Shown here piece by piece: positions 7,965 through 17,100 of a stretch of DNA of 50,412 nt. The notes beneath the pieces are model-generated. The model worked only from the letters and a program-made list of their open reading frames with translations, was not told the origin of the DNA and searched no databases. Numbering within the stretch: the stretch's first letter is position 1; each line of letters opens with the position of its first letter. Made by a program: the position numbers and the translations under genes. Source of the stretch: a virus (Duplodnaviria; Caudoviricetes); IMG/VR virus record IMGVR_UViG_3300018043_000001, positions 1-50,412 of that record. One strand, 5' to 3'.

Positions 7965-8151
7965 CTTCGAATCGTTTGATGGTGGAGCCCCCAGTGAACA
8001 TGTATGCCGCGGCGAAGAGCATCACCGGGGTCGCCGCGACGGTGCCCGAATAGTTGCTCGTGAGCAATGCGATCAGATATCCGACCACCCACAGGATGGT
8101 GACGATGGTCGCGATTGCGAAGCGCAGGCTGGACTTGTCGAGTGGAGTCAT
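7765..8151 (-). CDS. small two-TM membrane protein (holin-like); C-terminal tail overlaps next gene
   Basis: Two hydrophobic helices in the first 55 aa. The rest looks like out-of-frame read-through. Confidence 0.55.
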   Translation of the reverse strand: MTPLDKSSLRFAIATIVTILWVVGYLIALLTSNYSGTVAATPVMLFAAAYMFTGGSTIKRFEGDNDDRPSSGDGEAGDPIVGDRSRAGGDRVHPRGEGRVQHCQAGEAGPDGPAKQPENPRPAPGHSK

Positions 8152-9069
8152 TCACAGTCTCACGAACACGTAAATCTCGATCGCCGACATGCCGTAGACC
8201 CACGGGACCCAGATCCGCAGCGCCCCGGCGAGCAGCAACAGAGGCGCCAGCAGGATTGTCGAGAAGACGATCGCACGCACCGGCGTCGGCCACCTCAGGT
8301 CGCGCAACCTGATCGCTCGATCGGAGATGGCGGCCATCTCCGGATGCAGCGCCGCCGCCCCGAAGAAGATGAACGAGAACGAGTACGTCTGATCGCTCAG
8401 GCTGAACGGCACGCCCGCGGAGGACAGCTGCTGGTAGCCGGAATAGATGTCGCCGGCAATCCAGCACATGAAGCCCAGGGAAAGCAGCACCCCCGCGATG
8501 TTGACGCGATCCTGCGCGATGGCCAACCGCGCGAGCAGCCCCAGCAACACGATGTCGGCGGCCGGGTAGATGATGGCGAAGTTACTGCCTACGCCCATCG
8601 GCGTGGGCGCCATGATCAGCGCGAGCGCGATCACCGCAATCCCCATCACGCATCCGTCGATGATCGGCCCGGATGATCCCCTGGGCTCGTACTGACAGTT
8701 GAAGATGATCAGCGCCGCGGCGAAGCAGAGGTACGTGAGCACGCTGGGCACATCCGCCCAGCTGGGCAATGGGATCTGGACACCAAACAGCGCCTGATAG
8801 TTGGTGGCCATGATGCCGTTGGCGTAGGAGAAGAGCACCGCGGTGGCCAACAGGCACCACGGCCAGCGCCAGAAGCTCCGCGGCGGCAGCCAGATGCGCA
8901 TGCCGGCCATGATCGCGACAAAGCACAAGCTCTCGGTCGGGAGGTTGAGGAAGATCTGGTTGGAGACGAACCCCCGCAGGAAGCTGTCGATATGGATTCC
9001 GAAGGCCCAGAACAACGAGAGCAGCGAAGCTCCAGCCAGCCACCACCACCACCAGAGCTTCTGCTTCAC
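8152..9069 (-). CDS. polytopic membrane protein resembling the N-terminal membrane sensor region of actinobacterial GGDEF/EAL or kinase proteins, with no output domain
   Basis: Motifs PSWADV..LTY, IIDG, IIYPAADIVLLGLLARL, GDIY, GAAALHPEM; about 9-10 TM segments. Confidence 0.65.
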   Translation of the reverse strand: MKQKLWWWWWLAGASLLSLFWAFGIHIDSFLRGFVSNQIFLNLPTESLCFVAIMAGMRIWLPPRSFWRWPWCLLATAVLFSYANGIMATNYQALFGVQIPLPSWADVPSVLTYLCFAAALIIFNCQYEPRGSSGPIIDGCVMGIAVIALALIMAPTPMGVGSNFAIIYPAADIVLLGLLARLAIAQDRVNIAGVLLSLGFMCWIAGDIYSGYQQLSSAGVPFSLSDQTYSFSFIFFGAAALHPEMAAISDRAIRLRDLRWPTPVRAIVFSTILLAPLLLLAGALRIWVPWVYGMSAIEIYVFVRL

Positions 9070-10499
9070 AGCGCACGAACCAGATGGTTGACCGCCAGTG
9101 CGGGCTGCACGTTGCTGTGAGCGGCGTCGGCGTTACGAGCCGCCAGCGAGTGCCCGTGGCCGGTGTCGCTGACAGAGTGATTATGCCCGCTGTCCCAGAC
9201 GGAGTGATAGTGGTTCAGGGCGCCGCCGGTCGAATTATAGATACCGCCAGAGCGCCCGAGGCTGGCGTAGGCAGTTGCCGTCCCGGGGCTGGTCGCGAAG
9301 GGGCCGTTGCTCGCCATCAGGATGCCTGAGCCGGTGACGCCGGTCGCGGTTCGGGTGCTGATCCCCGACTGGCTCTCGACGAAGTTGGTATCGGCGGCAG
9401 CGCCGTGGCTATGGCCGTTGTCACCGAAGGAGATGTTGTCGCTGTGAGTGTGCTGGGCATCGCTCGTCGAGGTCATGCTCACACCGTTTGAGCTGGTGAT
9501 CGCCGCGGCTGTCGTCCCAGTGGACCCGCTGGAGAACTGCGCATAGCCGGTGTTCGTGCCACCGTTGCCGTTGACGCCCGATTGGCTGGCCGTGAGCGTG
9601 ACCGTCTCGCCACCGAACTTCGACAGCAACGCGGGCCTGTTGGTCGGTAGGTTCACACCCGAGGGGTCCTTCTGTACGAGCGCCAGCCCCGCGGCGTTGG
9701 GGATGTTGAAGTTCGCGCCCGAGCCGCCCTGGGAGTAGCCGAGGACCGCGAACAGCGCCGGATAGCTGGCGACCGCGAGCGAGCGGCCGTCCATGATCAG
9801 CCAGGCCGCGGTGTCCGAAACCTGATCGGTGGAGGCCAGCGACTGGATCACCGATCCGACTGGAGGCGTGCCGGCCGCCTGGATCCCCAGCTCCGTCTGG
9901 GGCATGTAGGGCACGCCGGACGTCGGGTCCGCCGTGCAGATCATCGCCGAGGTGATCGCGGTCACGCCCGCCAGCACGAGAATGTGCGCGAGCGGGACAC
10001 AGACCGACGTCGCCAGCGAGCCGCCGAGCGTCGCCGCGTAGGAGTTGATCTGCGCCGTCGTGAGCGCCGTGACGCTGGAGCTGGGCGTTCCGGTGGCCAC
10101 GCCGAACTGAGCGCCGCCACCGCCGTCAGGTGCGCCGCTGGAGGCATCGTCGACCTGGAAGTACACGGTGTCGATGCGCCCGAGGCCCGACCCCGAGGCC
10201 GGAGCGGCGCTGACGCCGACGCTGGTGGTGGCGTCGTTCTCGGCGTAGTACTGCCCGAGCGGCGAATAGGCGGCGCCCACCGGCGGCGCCACGAGCGTGC
10301 CGCGGCACGGCCACCAGATCCGGCCGGGGCCGATGTTGACCATCATCCCCGGCACCGCGAGCGCGCTCACCTGCAGGTCATTCTGGGCGATCGTGCCGCC
10401 GCCGGGAGCGAGGATCGAGGCGAGCGCCTGGCGGAAGATGCTCGCGGGGTGTAGCACGCCGGACGCTTCGACGACGTACGGCGGTGTGGTCAGGGTCAT
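9066..10499 (-). CDS. tail fibre protein with tail-collar domain and HxH-type tip
   Basis: PPVGSVI...WLIMDGRSL..ASYPALFAVLG...FNIPN collar motif; repeated HTH/HSH/HYH/HNH/HGH; NVQPALAVN ending. Confidence 0.85.
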   Translation of the reverse strand: MTLTTPPYVVEASGVLHPASIFRQALASILAPGGGTIAQNDLQVSALAVPGMMVNIGPGRIWWPCRGTLVAPPVGAAYSPLGQYYAENDATTSVGVSAAPASGSGLGRIDTVYFQVDDASSGAPDGGGGAQFGVATGTPSSSVTALTTAQINSYAATLGGSLATSVCVPLAHILVLAGVTAITSAMICTADPTSGVPYMPQTELGIQAAGTPPVGSVIQSLASTDQVSDTAAWLIMDGRSLAVASYPALFAVLGYSQGGSGANFNIPNAAGLALVQKDPSGVNLPTNRPALLSKFGGETVTLTASQSGVNGNGGTNTGYAQFSSGSTGTTAAAITSSNGVSMTSTSDAQHTHSDNISFGDNGHSHGAAADTNFVESQSGISTRTATGVTGSGILMASNGPFATSPGTATAYASLGRSGGIYNSTGGALNHYHSVWDSGHNHSVSDTGHGHSLAARNADAAHSNVQPALAVNHLVRAL

Positions 10500-10837
10500 C
10501 GGCGCATCCTCGCAATCGCGGCCAGGTGGGTTTCGATCGCCGCCAGACGATCCTCGATCGAAGGCTCGGGCGGCGCGGGGGGCGGACCTGAGAGGTAGAG
10601 GCGCATCCGGTACTCGGCCCCCGCGGCGATCTCCTGGATGCGCTCGAACGCACCCTCGTCAGCCGGGATCGGCACCTCCACGAATAGCTCGTCTTCGCGT
10701 TCGTCGAGGTCGTTGATCTTCGGATCCAGCTTGCGCTTGCGCGCTACGGGCTCGAAGCCGGCGACGTTCAGCGCTCGCGTGCAGTCCGAGAAGCGCCGCG
10801 CGCTGCCGCCGAGGATCGCTGTGGGTAGTTGCTCCAT
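10496..10837 (-). CDS. hypothetical tail-associated protein
   Basis: Ends PEPSIEDRLAAIE, a short coiled coil common beside fibre genes. Confidence 0.6.
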   Translation of the reverse strand: MEQLPTAILGGSARRFSDCTRALNVAGFEPVARKRKLDPKINDLDEREDELFVEVPIPADEGAFERIQEIAAGAEYRMRLYLSGPPPAPPEPSIEDRLAAIETHLAAIARMRR

Positions 10838-10844
10838 GTCTCTC

Positions 10845-11360
10845 CTAAAGCTCGATCAGGATGAGGTTGCGCTGCCCGGTCGGGCTGACCACCGTGTTCG
10901 CCGCGGCGTTGCACTGCCAGGCCATCTGCAGCTTGGAGCCGGCCTTGCCCGCGGGGAGCGTGACCATCTGCATCACCGAGCCAGCGTAGAGGTCGCTGGA
11001 GCCTCCCGGCGAGCCGCCCGCGACCGCGTACATCTGGAAGCCCGGCTCGACCATCGAACCACCCGCGGGTGTGAACTGCGCCTGCAGGGCCAGGCCGTTC
11101 GCGGGCCACGTCGAGCCGGTGTAGTAGACGTCGATCTCATAGATGATCAGCGCCGAGCCGCCACGGAAGGTCTTCGTGATCAGCGCGTCGGCGATCGGCG
11201 TCATCGACGCGCCCGCGTTGTAGACCGTGCCGGATCCCAGCACACTGGTCACGAGCGGCAGGTGCGCGCGCACGTAGGTCTCCAGCGCGCCGATGCGCTG
11301 ATCGAGCGTCGCCAGCAGCGTTGCGAACGCGAGCCGCGCCGGATCGGAGTTGTTAGGCAC
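10845..11360 (-). CDS. minor tail protein, paralog A
   Basis: Starts MPNNSDPARLAFATLLATLDQRIGALE (GTG start). Confidence 0.7.
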   Translation of the reverse strand: MPNNSDPARLAFATLLATLDQRIGALETYVRAHLPLVTSVLGSGTVYNAGASMTPIADALITKTFRGGSALIIYEIDVYYTGSTWPANGLALQAQFTPAGGSMVEPGFQMYAVAGGSPGGSSDLYAGSVMQMVTLPAGKAGSKLQMAWQCNAAANTVVSPTGQRNLILIEL

Positions 11361-11925
11361 TGGTGCTCAGCTCGATCGTCGTAAGCTGGATCTGATCCTG
11401 CCAGCCGAGCACGGAGTTGGGCACGCTCGTGCCGGGTGTGTAGAACAGGGGTGTGATCTGGACATTTTCCTGCGCCGCGACGCCCAGCACCTGCGTCAGG
11501 CACACCGTGTAGATCGCGCCCGAGCCTCCCGCGACGCCTCCGGGCACAGCCTGCATGGCGGCCCCGAGCGCTGCGAAGCTGAGATCGTTGAACGTCTGAT
11601 AGAGCTGCGCCTGCAGTCCCCCCGCCGGCCAGGGATTGAGCGTGCAGTAGACGTTGAACACCAACGACAGCAATGTCTGCCCCGTGCGCAGGTCGACCCC
11701 CTCTGACTCGGAGGGGTTCAGCAGCGTCCATACCGTGCCGGTGAACGGGTCGATGCCGTTGGCGAACTGGTTGAAGCTCATCGAGAACCCGACGCCATAG
11801 TCGATCGCCGGCAGGGCGTTGGGCACCTGCATCCGTGCCAGCACTTCGAGCGAGCTGATGCGCTGGTCGAGCGCCGCCAGCGCTGTTGCGAACGCGAGCC
11901 GCGCGGGATCCGGGTTGTTGGGCAT
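11353..11925 (-). CDS. minor tail protein, paralog B
   Basis: Starts MPNNPDPARLAFATALAALDQRISSLE (ATG 11925). Confidence 0.7.
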   Translation of the reverse strand: MPNNPDPARLAFATALAALDQRISSLEVLARMQVPNALPAIDYGVGFSMSFNQFANGIDPFTGTVWTLLNPSESEGVDLRTGQTLLSLVFNVYCTLNPWPAGGLQAQLYQTFNDLSFAALGAAMQAVPGGVAGGSGAIYTVCLTQVLGVAAQENVQITPLFYTPGTSVPNSVLGWQDQIQLTTIELSTSA

Positions 11926-11927
11926 GG

Positions 11928-13190
11928 CTAGAGCGGCGGGGCCGGGGGCGGCACGGTCTGCAGCGGCGGGATCCCGAGGTCGAGCGTCACGGTCGCGGCG
12001 CCCGAGTCGGCCACCTGGCAGGTCCAGCCGATGATCCTCCACTCGAAGCTCATGCCGTTCGGGAAGCGCGGGTCCGTGTTCTCTCCGGCGCCGGAAACGG
12101 GGTCGATGGTCATGAGCAGATCGTCGCCGAGCCCCCAGCTCCCAAAGGGCAGCGTCGCGGTCGGCGGGATCACGCCCGCGGCGTTGGGCGGGGTGACCCT
12201 GAACTTGAAGGTGGGGGTGACGACGGGGTAGCAGAAGATGCCCAGATCGCCCTCGGCCACGTTGGTGAGCGTCGCCTGGTCGGTGATCTGGGTCCGGGAG
12301 AAGGTGCGCTCCACGAGCGGGTAGCCGGGGATCGCGGCAGAGATCGCCACCGGCGAGATCCCACCCGTTCCCGAGCCCGTCTCGGCGACGCCCGTGGCCT
12401 GTTGAGAGCCATCCTCCGGGTAGGTGTAGCTGCCGTCCTTGATCGTGAATATCTGCAGGCCCTTCTGAGCGAATGTCTGCCCCTGGCGCGGGAACCAGAG
12501 GTTCATCACCACGCTCGGCACCTTCGTCACGATCGCCGCCGCGCCGACGCCCGTGGTCGTGTAGATGTAGGCCACGTCGAAGGAGTAGTCAAAGCCGGCC
12601 TGGTAGCCCATCTGCGAGAGCAGGCTGACGATGGAGTCGATCGTCTGCAGGCTCGTGCCGGGGTAGCTCGGAGCGACCTGGAAACCGTTGGAGGGCGCCG
12701 AGAGCGAGTAGGGCGAGTTGAGCACGAGCGTCATCCCGGCCATCCCCAGCAGCGGCGTGTTGGTCGCGTTGGTCGCGTTGTTGGAGTTGGCGTCGGAGAT
12801 GATCTGCTGCACGATCAGCATGGGATCCTCGCCGCTGGCGAAGGTCGTCCCGTAGTCCTTGGACTGCACGCGGCGCTGCCAGTAGGAGCCGAACTCGCTG
12901 GCGCCCACCTTCAAGGCTCTCATCGGATCGGCGCTGTCATAGGAGCGCGTCCAGTTGATCCCTCCCCAGACGAGCGTTCCGTTGTAGTCGACGAAGGTGC
13001 AGCTCGACGTCGGCGCGCTCGCCTGGTCCCAGCCCAGGGCCTGCACGCGCGGATCGTTGAGCGAGATCTGCCCCGTCCACGGTCCGGGCTGGTTGAGCGA
13101 CTGGCCGAAGCTCACTCCCTGGTAGGGCAGCGCCGCCGTCACCTTGCCGGTGAGCAGGTTGAGCGCTGGATATGTGAACGGGTTGGGCAT
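11928..13190 (-). CDS. minor tail / baseplate hub protein (ReqiPepy6 Gp37-like position)
   Basis: LPYQGVSFGQSLNQPG.W.G...LVWGG pattern; directly after Dit. Confidence 0.75.
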   Translation of the reverse strand: MPNPFTYPALNLLTGKVTAALPYQGVSFGQSLNQPGPWTGQISLNDPRVQALGWDQASAPTSSCTFVDYNGTLVWGGINWTRSYDSADPMRALKVGASEFGSYWQRRVQSKDYGTTFASGEDPMLIVQQIISDANSNNATNATNTPLLGMAGMTLVLNSPYSLSAPSNGFQVAPSYPGTSLQTIDSIVSLLSQMGYQAGFDYSFDVAYIYTTTGVGAAAIVTKVPSVVMNLWFPRQGQTFAQKGLQIFTIKDGSYTYPEDGSQQATGVAETGSGTGGISPVAISAAIPGYPLVERTFSRTQITDQATLTNVAEGDLGIFCYPVVTPTFKFRVTPPNAAGVIPPTATLPFGSWGLGDDLLMTIDPVSGAGENTDPRFPNGMSFEWRIIGWTCQVADSGAATVTLDLGIPPLQTVPPPAPPL

Positions 13191-14134
13191 CAGAGCGTCA
13201 ACCAGGCATTAGCCCATTGGACTTCCATCGTGCCCGCCACCCACGCCGCGTCGCTCGTGTTGAACTCGATCGTGTTGGAGCCCGGCGGCAGGTTGAACCA
13301 CGTCGAGTAGGCGCTGAGCGCCGAGCGCCGCGAGACGCCTGTGGTCGTGCCCGCGGTGGTGTAGATCACGGTCTGCAGGTCGGTGTCCACGACGAGCGTG
13401 TCGCCTGCGTTGAGTGTGATCTGGAATGAGAGGTAGGGCGCTCCGGCGATCGAGAGGTTGCACACCGAGGGGTTCGTGCAGGGGCCGGTGAAGGTGATCA
13501 GCGGCCGCGTCTCGAAGCCGCCCGCGTTGACGCACGTCGCCAGACCCCCGAGCCCGCCCGCGCCGAACCCGAGCGCGAACGCGAACGGCAGCGGCGCACC
13601 GCCCGCGCTGGTGGGCAGCCCGACCGTCTCCGAGAGGCTCGGCACGCCATAGAAGCGCGGATCGGTCGCGTGCAGCAGCGAGGTCGCGATCACGCCGCCG
13701 GCGAACACGCGGTTGATGTCAAACGGGCAGTTGTGCTTGCGGGCGCGCGCGTTGGCGGCATAGCAACCGGAGGGCAGCTGAATGAACAGCGGCTGCTCGA
13801 TCGCGCCGCTGGGGCCGAGCACACTGCCGAGCAGGCGCATGTTTGACTCCAGCGCCTGCGCCGCCGCGGTGGTGGGCAGCGCGCCGGTCGCGAAGTAACC
13901 GCTCGATACCAGCTGGGTGATCGTGATGTCGCGACCGGGCAGCACATCGAACCCGGCCAGCTCACCCTGATCGAGCGCTCGCTGCGTGTCCCCCGCGGAG
14001 ACGCTGGGCATATCGAGCACAAGGCTCTGCAGAAAGGTGGGCTTCGTCTTGTCAATGCCGCCGAAGGTGACGCCGCCGAACTGCAGCTGATAGGACTCCA
14101 GCGTCGGAGCCGCGCTGAGGATCGGGAAGCTCAT
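13190..14134 (-). CDS. distal tail (Dit-like) protein
   Basis: ATDPRFY...NAGGFETRPLITFTGP..NP...WFNLPPGSNTI; follows the tape measure. Confidence 0.8.
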   Translation of the reverse strand: MSFPILSAAPTLESYQLQFGGVTFGGIDKTKPTFLQSLVLDMPSVSAGDTQRALDQGELAGFDVLPGRDITITQLVSSGYFATGALPTTAAAQALESNMRLLGSVLGPSGAIEQPLFIQLPSGCYAANARARKHNCPFDINRVFAGGVIATSLLHATDPRFYGVPSLSETVGLPTSAGGAPLPFAFALGFGAGGLGGLATCVNAGGFETRPLITFTGPCTNPSVCNLSIAGAPYLSFQITLNAGDTLVVDTDLQTVIYTTAGTTTGVSRRSALSAYSTWFNLPPGSNTIEFNTSDAAWVAGTMEVQWANAWLTL

Positions 14135-17100
14135 CAGGCACCTACCGCGGGCGCGGCGGCGATCGGCAGCGCGCCGATCTTCAAGTTCCAGGCAACCTCA
14201 GCCATCAGATCGGACGCTGACATGCCCGCGCCGTTGATCGTCATGTAGACATCACCTCCCGTGGTCGTCGTGGTCGTGCTCGACGAGTTGCCCTGCGCGC
14301 TGGCGGCGGCGCTGGCCTCATCGAGCACGCTCTGAGCCTGAGCCTCTTGGATCGCCGCCGTCGCCTGCGCCTGCGCGAGCGCCGCGGCAGCCTGCGCCTG
14401 CGCCGTCTGAGAGCCGCCCGCGGCCTGATCGACGGCGATCTGAGCGGCGTCGATCGTCTGGTTGGCGGCTGCCGTCACCTGATCGAGCTGCGTCTGCGCG
14501 GCGTCCGCCGCGGCCTGTGCCAGAGATACCGTGCTCCCCGCGGCGTTGTCGGTGACGCTCTTCTGCTGGTCGAGATAGATCTTCGTCTGATCGGCGATGG
14601 CGTCCGTCTGCGCCTTCGTCTGATCGCTCATCACCTTCGTGGCGTTGTTGATCGCGTCGGCCGAAGCCTGGTCGGCTTGCGCGGCGGCCTGAGCGGCTGC
14701 GGTGGCGGCGTCCTGAGCCGCTTGAGCGGCAGCGGTGGCGGCAGCGTCGGACGCCTGCTTGGCGGCAGCGGCGGTCGCTGCGGCAGCTGCGGCGGCGCTC
14801 GCCGCGGCCTGCTTCTCGGCCGCGGCGCTCTGGGCGGCCACCTGCGCCATCGCCGCCTTGTGGACCGCGACGAGCTGCGTGCTCAGGGAGGCCATCGCCG
14901 TGCCGTGAACGCCGGTGAGGGACTTCTCCACGGTCACCAGCCCGCTGCTGTGAGTCGCGGTCAGCTCCTTCTCGATCGTGGTGAGCGCCGCGCCGTGCAG
15001 GCCTTCGACCACCTTGGCGAGCGCCGCCATCGTGCTCTGGTGGACGCTCGTGACGCCCTTGGCCAGGATCGACGCGCCGCCGCTGTAGCTCGCGGTCAGC
15101 TGCTTGGTGAGCGTGGTCAGGTTGCTCGCGTGGACGCTCGTCAGCGCCTTGTTCAGGGTGCTCAGAGCGCTGCCGTGCAAGCTCTCGACGGACTTGCCGA
15201 GCGCCGCCATGCCCTGGTTGTGGACGACGTTGAGCGTGGACTCGATCTTCGAGAGCCCGGCATTGTGCGCGCTGATCAGCGCCGACTGCAGCGTTTTGAG
15301 CGAGCCCGAGTGGATCGCCGAGACGAGCGAGTTGAGCTGCTTGGAGCCGGTGTTCACGGCGGCCGTCTGAGCGTTCATCGCGGCCTTCTGGGATGCCGTC
15401 TGGGTCCCGAGGTGCGAGACGTACTGAGCGACGATGTTCTCCAGCTGGGCCTTCTGCCCGGTCACCTGAGCGTCGAGCGACTGCTTCTGCTGGGAGATCT
15501 CCGTCTTGGTCGCCGCCTGCTGAGCGGCGCTGTAGGTGATCCCGATGCTCGCCAGGAAGGACGTGTTGGTGGTGGACGCCGTTTCCTTGGCCGCGGTCGC
15601 CTTGAAGGTGGACTGCTCCTTGGGGATCGCCGCGGAGATCGTCGTATAGCTCTTCGCGAGCCCGTCCAGCACCTTCTGCAACGCGACCTGCGCCGCCGTC
15701 AAGGGGACCATGCCAGCGGCGCCAGAGCCGCCCCCAGGGCCTCCCAGGGCCTGTGGCGTGACGTGGTACTCCTGGAAGCCGCCGCCGCTCAGCTCCTGCT
15801 GCGCCTGGGCCGCGGTGAGCTGGGTCGTGCGCGAGCTTGGGTTCACGGCCGTCTGCCCGCCGGTCATGAACCAGCTGGCGACCCCGTTCTTGACGATCTC
15901 CATGAACTCGTGGGCGTCGCCGCTCGTACGGTCGAAGACGTTGACCTGATTAGCGCCGCTGCCCGCACCCTTCGCGATCCCCGGCGTCGATGGCAGCCCG
16001 GCGGTGTTCGTCGCGTTGGTGAGCACGCCCCCGGCTTCGAGGATCCGGTCCACCATGCCCGAGCAGTCCGTGCCGAGCTGCTTGATCTGAGCGGCCGTCT
16101 CGTTGTAGGAGAGCGTGTGCTGCTCGCCCGTCGCGTACGGTGAGCCGATCAGCGACTTCGCCATCGCGAGCATCGCGTTGATCGACGCGGGCACCGTGCT
16201 CGTGCTCGCTCCGGGGATGCTCGCGGCGGAGATCTTCGTGCCCGTGGTGGTGACCTGATTCCCGAATGCCACCAGCGCCGCCGCGGCCGAAGACTCGCGG
16301 TTGTTAAGGTTGGCGCTCGGGTCGGTGTTGGGGCTCGATACAGTCGCGTTCGTCGCTGTTCCGGCGTCGCGCTCGAACAGGTTGGAGAAGGCCAGCGCCG
16401 CCGACGAGGCGCTCGTGGTCGACGTCAGGAACTCTTTGAGCGCCGGGGGCAGCTCGGAGAGGATCTGCGCCGCCTGCGCCGCCGTGTTGCCGAGCTGCAC
16501 CTGTCCCAGCTCGCCCGAGGCGGAAGTCCACGACGCGAGCCCTTCGCCCTGTGTCGGCCCCGCGTTCATGCTCGGGTTCAGCGAGCTTTCCTGCATCAGG
16601 TTGCCGACGATCCCCGCCGCGCCGGCCGCGCTCAACCCGGCCTTCTGGAAGACGCCCATGAGCTGCTGGGCGACGGCCGTCTCCTGCGCGCTCCACACGC
16701 CCGCGGCGCTGGAGATCATGTCGCTCGCCATCTGCCCGACCGCACCGCTGGCGGTCTTGGTGGTCGCGTTGATGCCTGCGGCGATGCCCTCGGGGATCGG
16801 CTCGCCGACATCGGATGCGAACTTCTTCGACGGCGAGCCGATCCCGAGGAAGCTCGTCACATCGCTGATACCGCCCTTGACGACGTTCACCAGCGAGCTG
16901 CCGACACTGCCGGCAACGTTCCCAATCCCCGAGATGATCCCGTTGATGATGTCCTCGCCGATCGTCTCGAAGTCCGAGGCGATGTTGCTGAGCGCGCTGA
17001 GGATCTGTCCCGGCAAGCCGGTGAAGTCGCCCACGATGGACGAGATAGTGCTGGTGACGCCAGAGGTGACCTGCGTCCAGATGCCGGCGATGTCGCTGAC

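Noticed and set aside
10845-11925. Diversity-generating retroelement or invertible tail cassette
   Set aside because: No reverse transcriptase or invertase, no adenine-specific TR/VR pair, and the repeats are direct and N-terminal.
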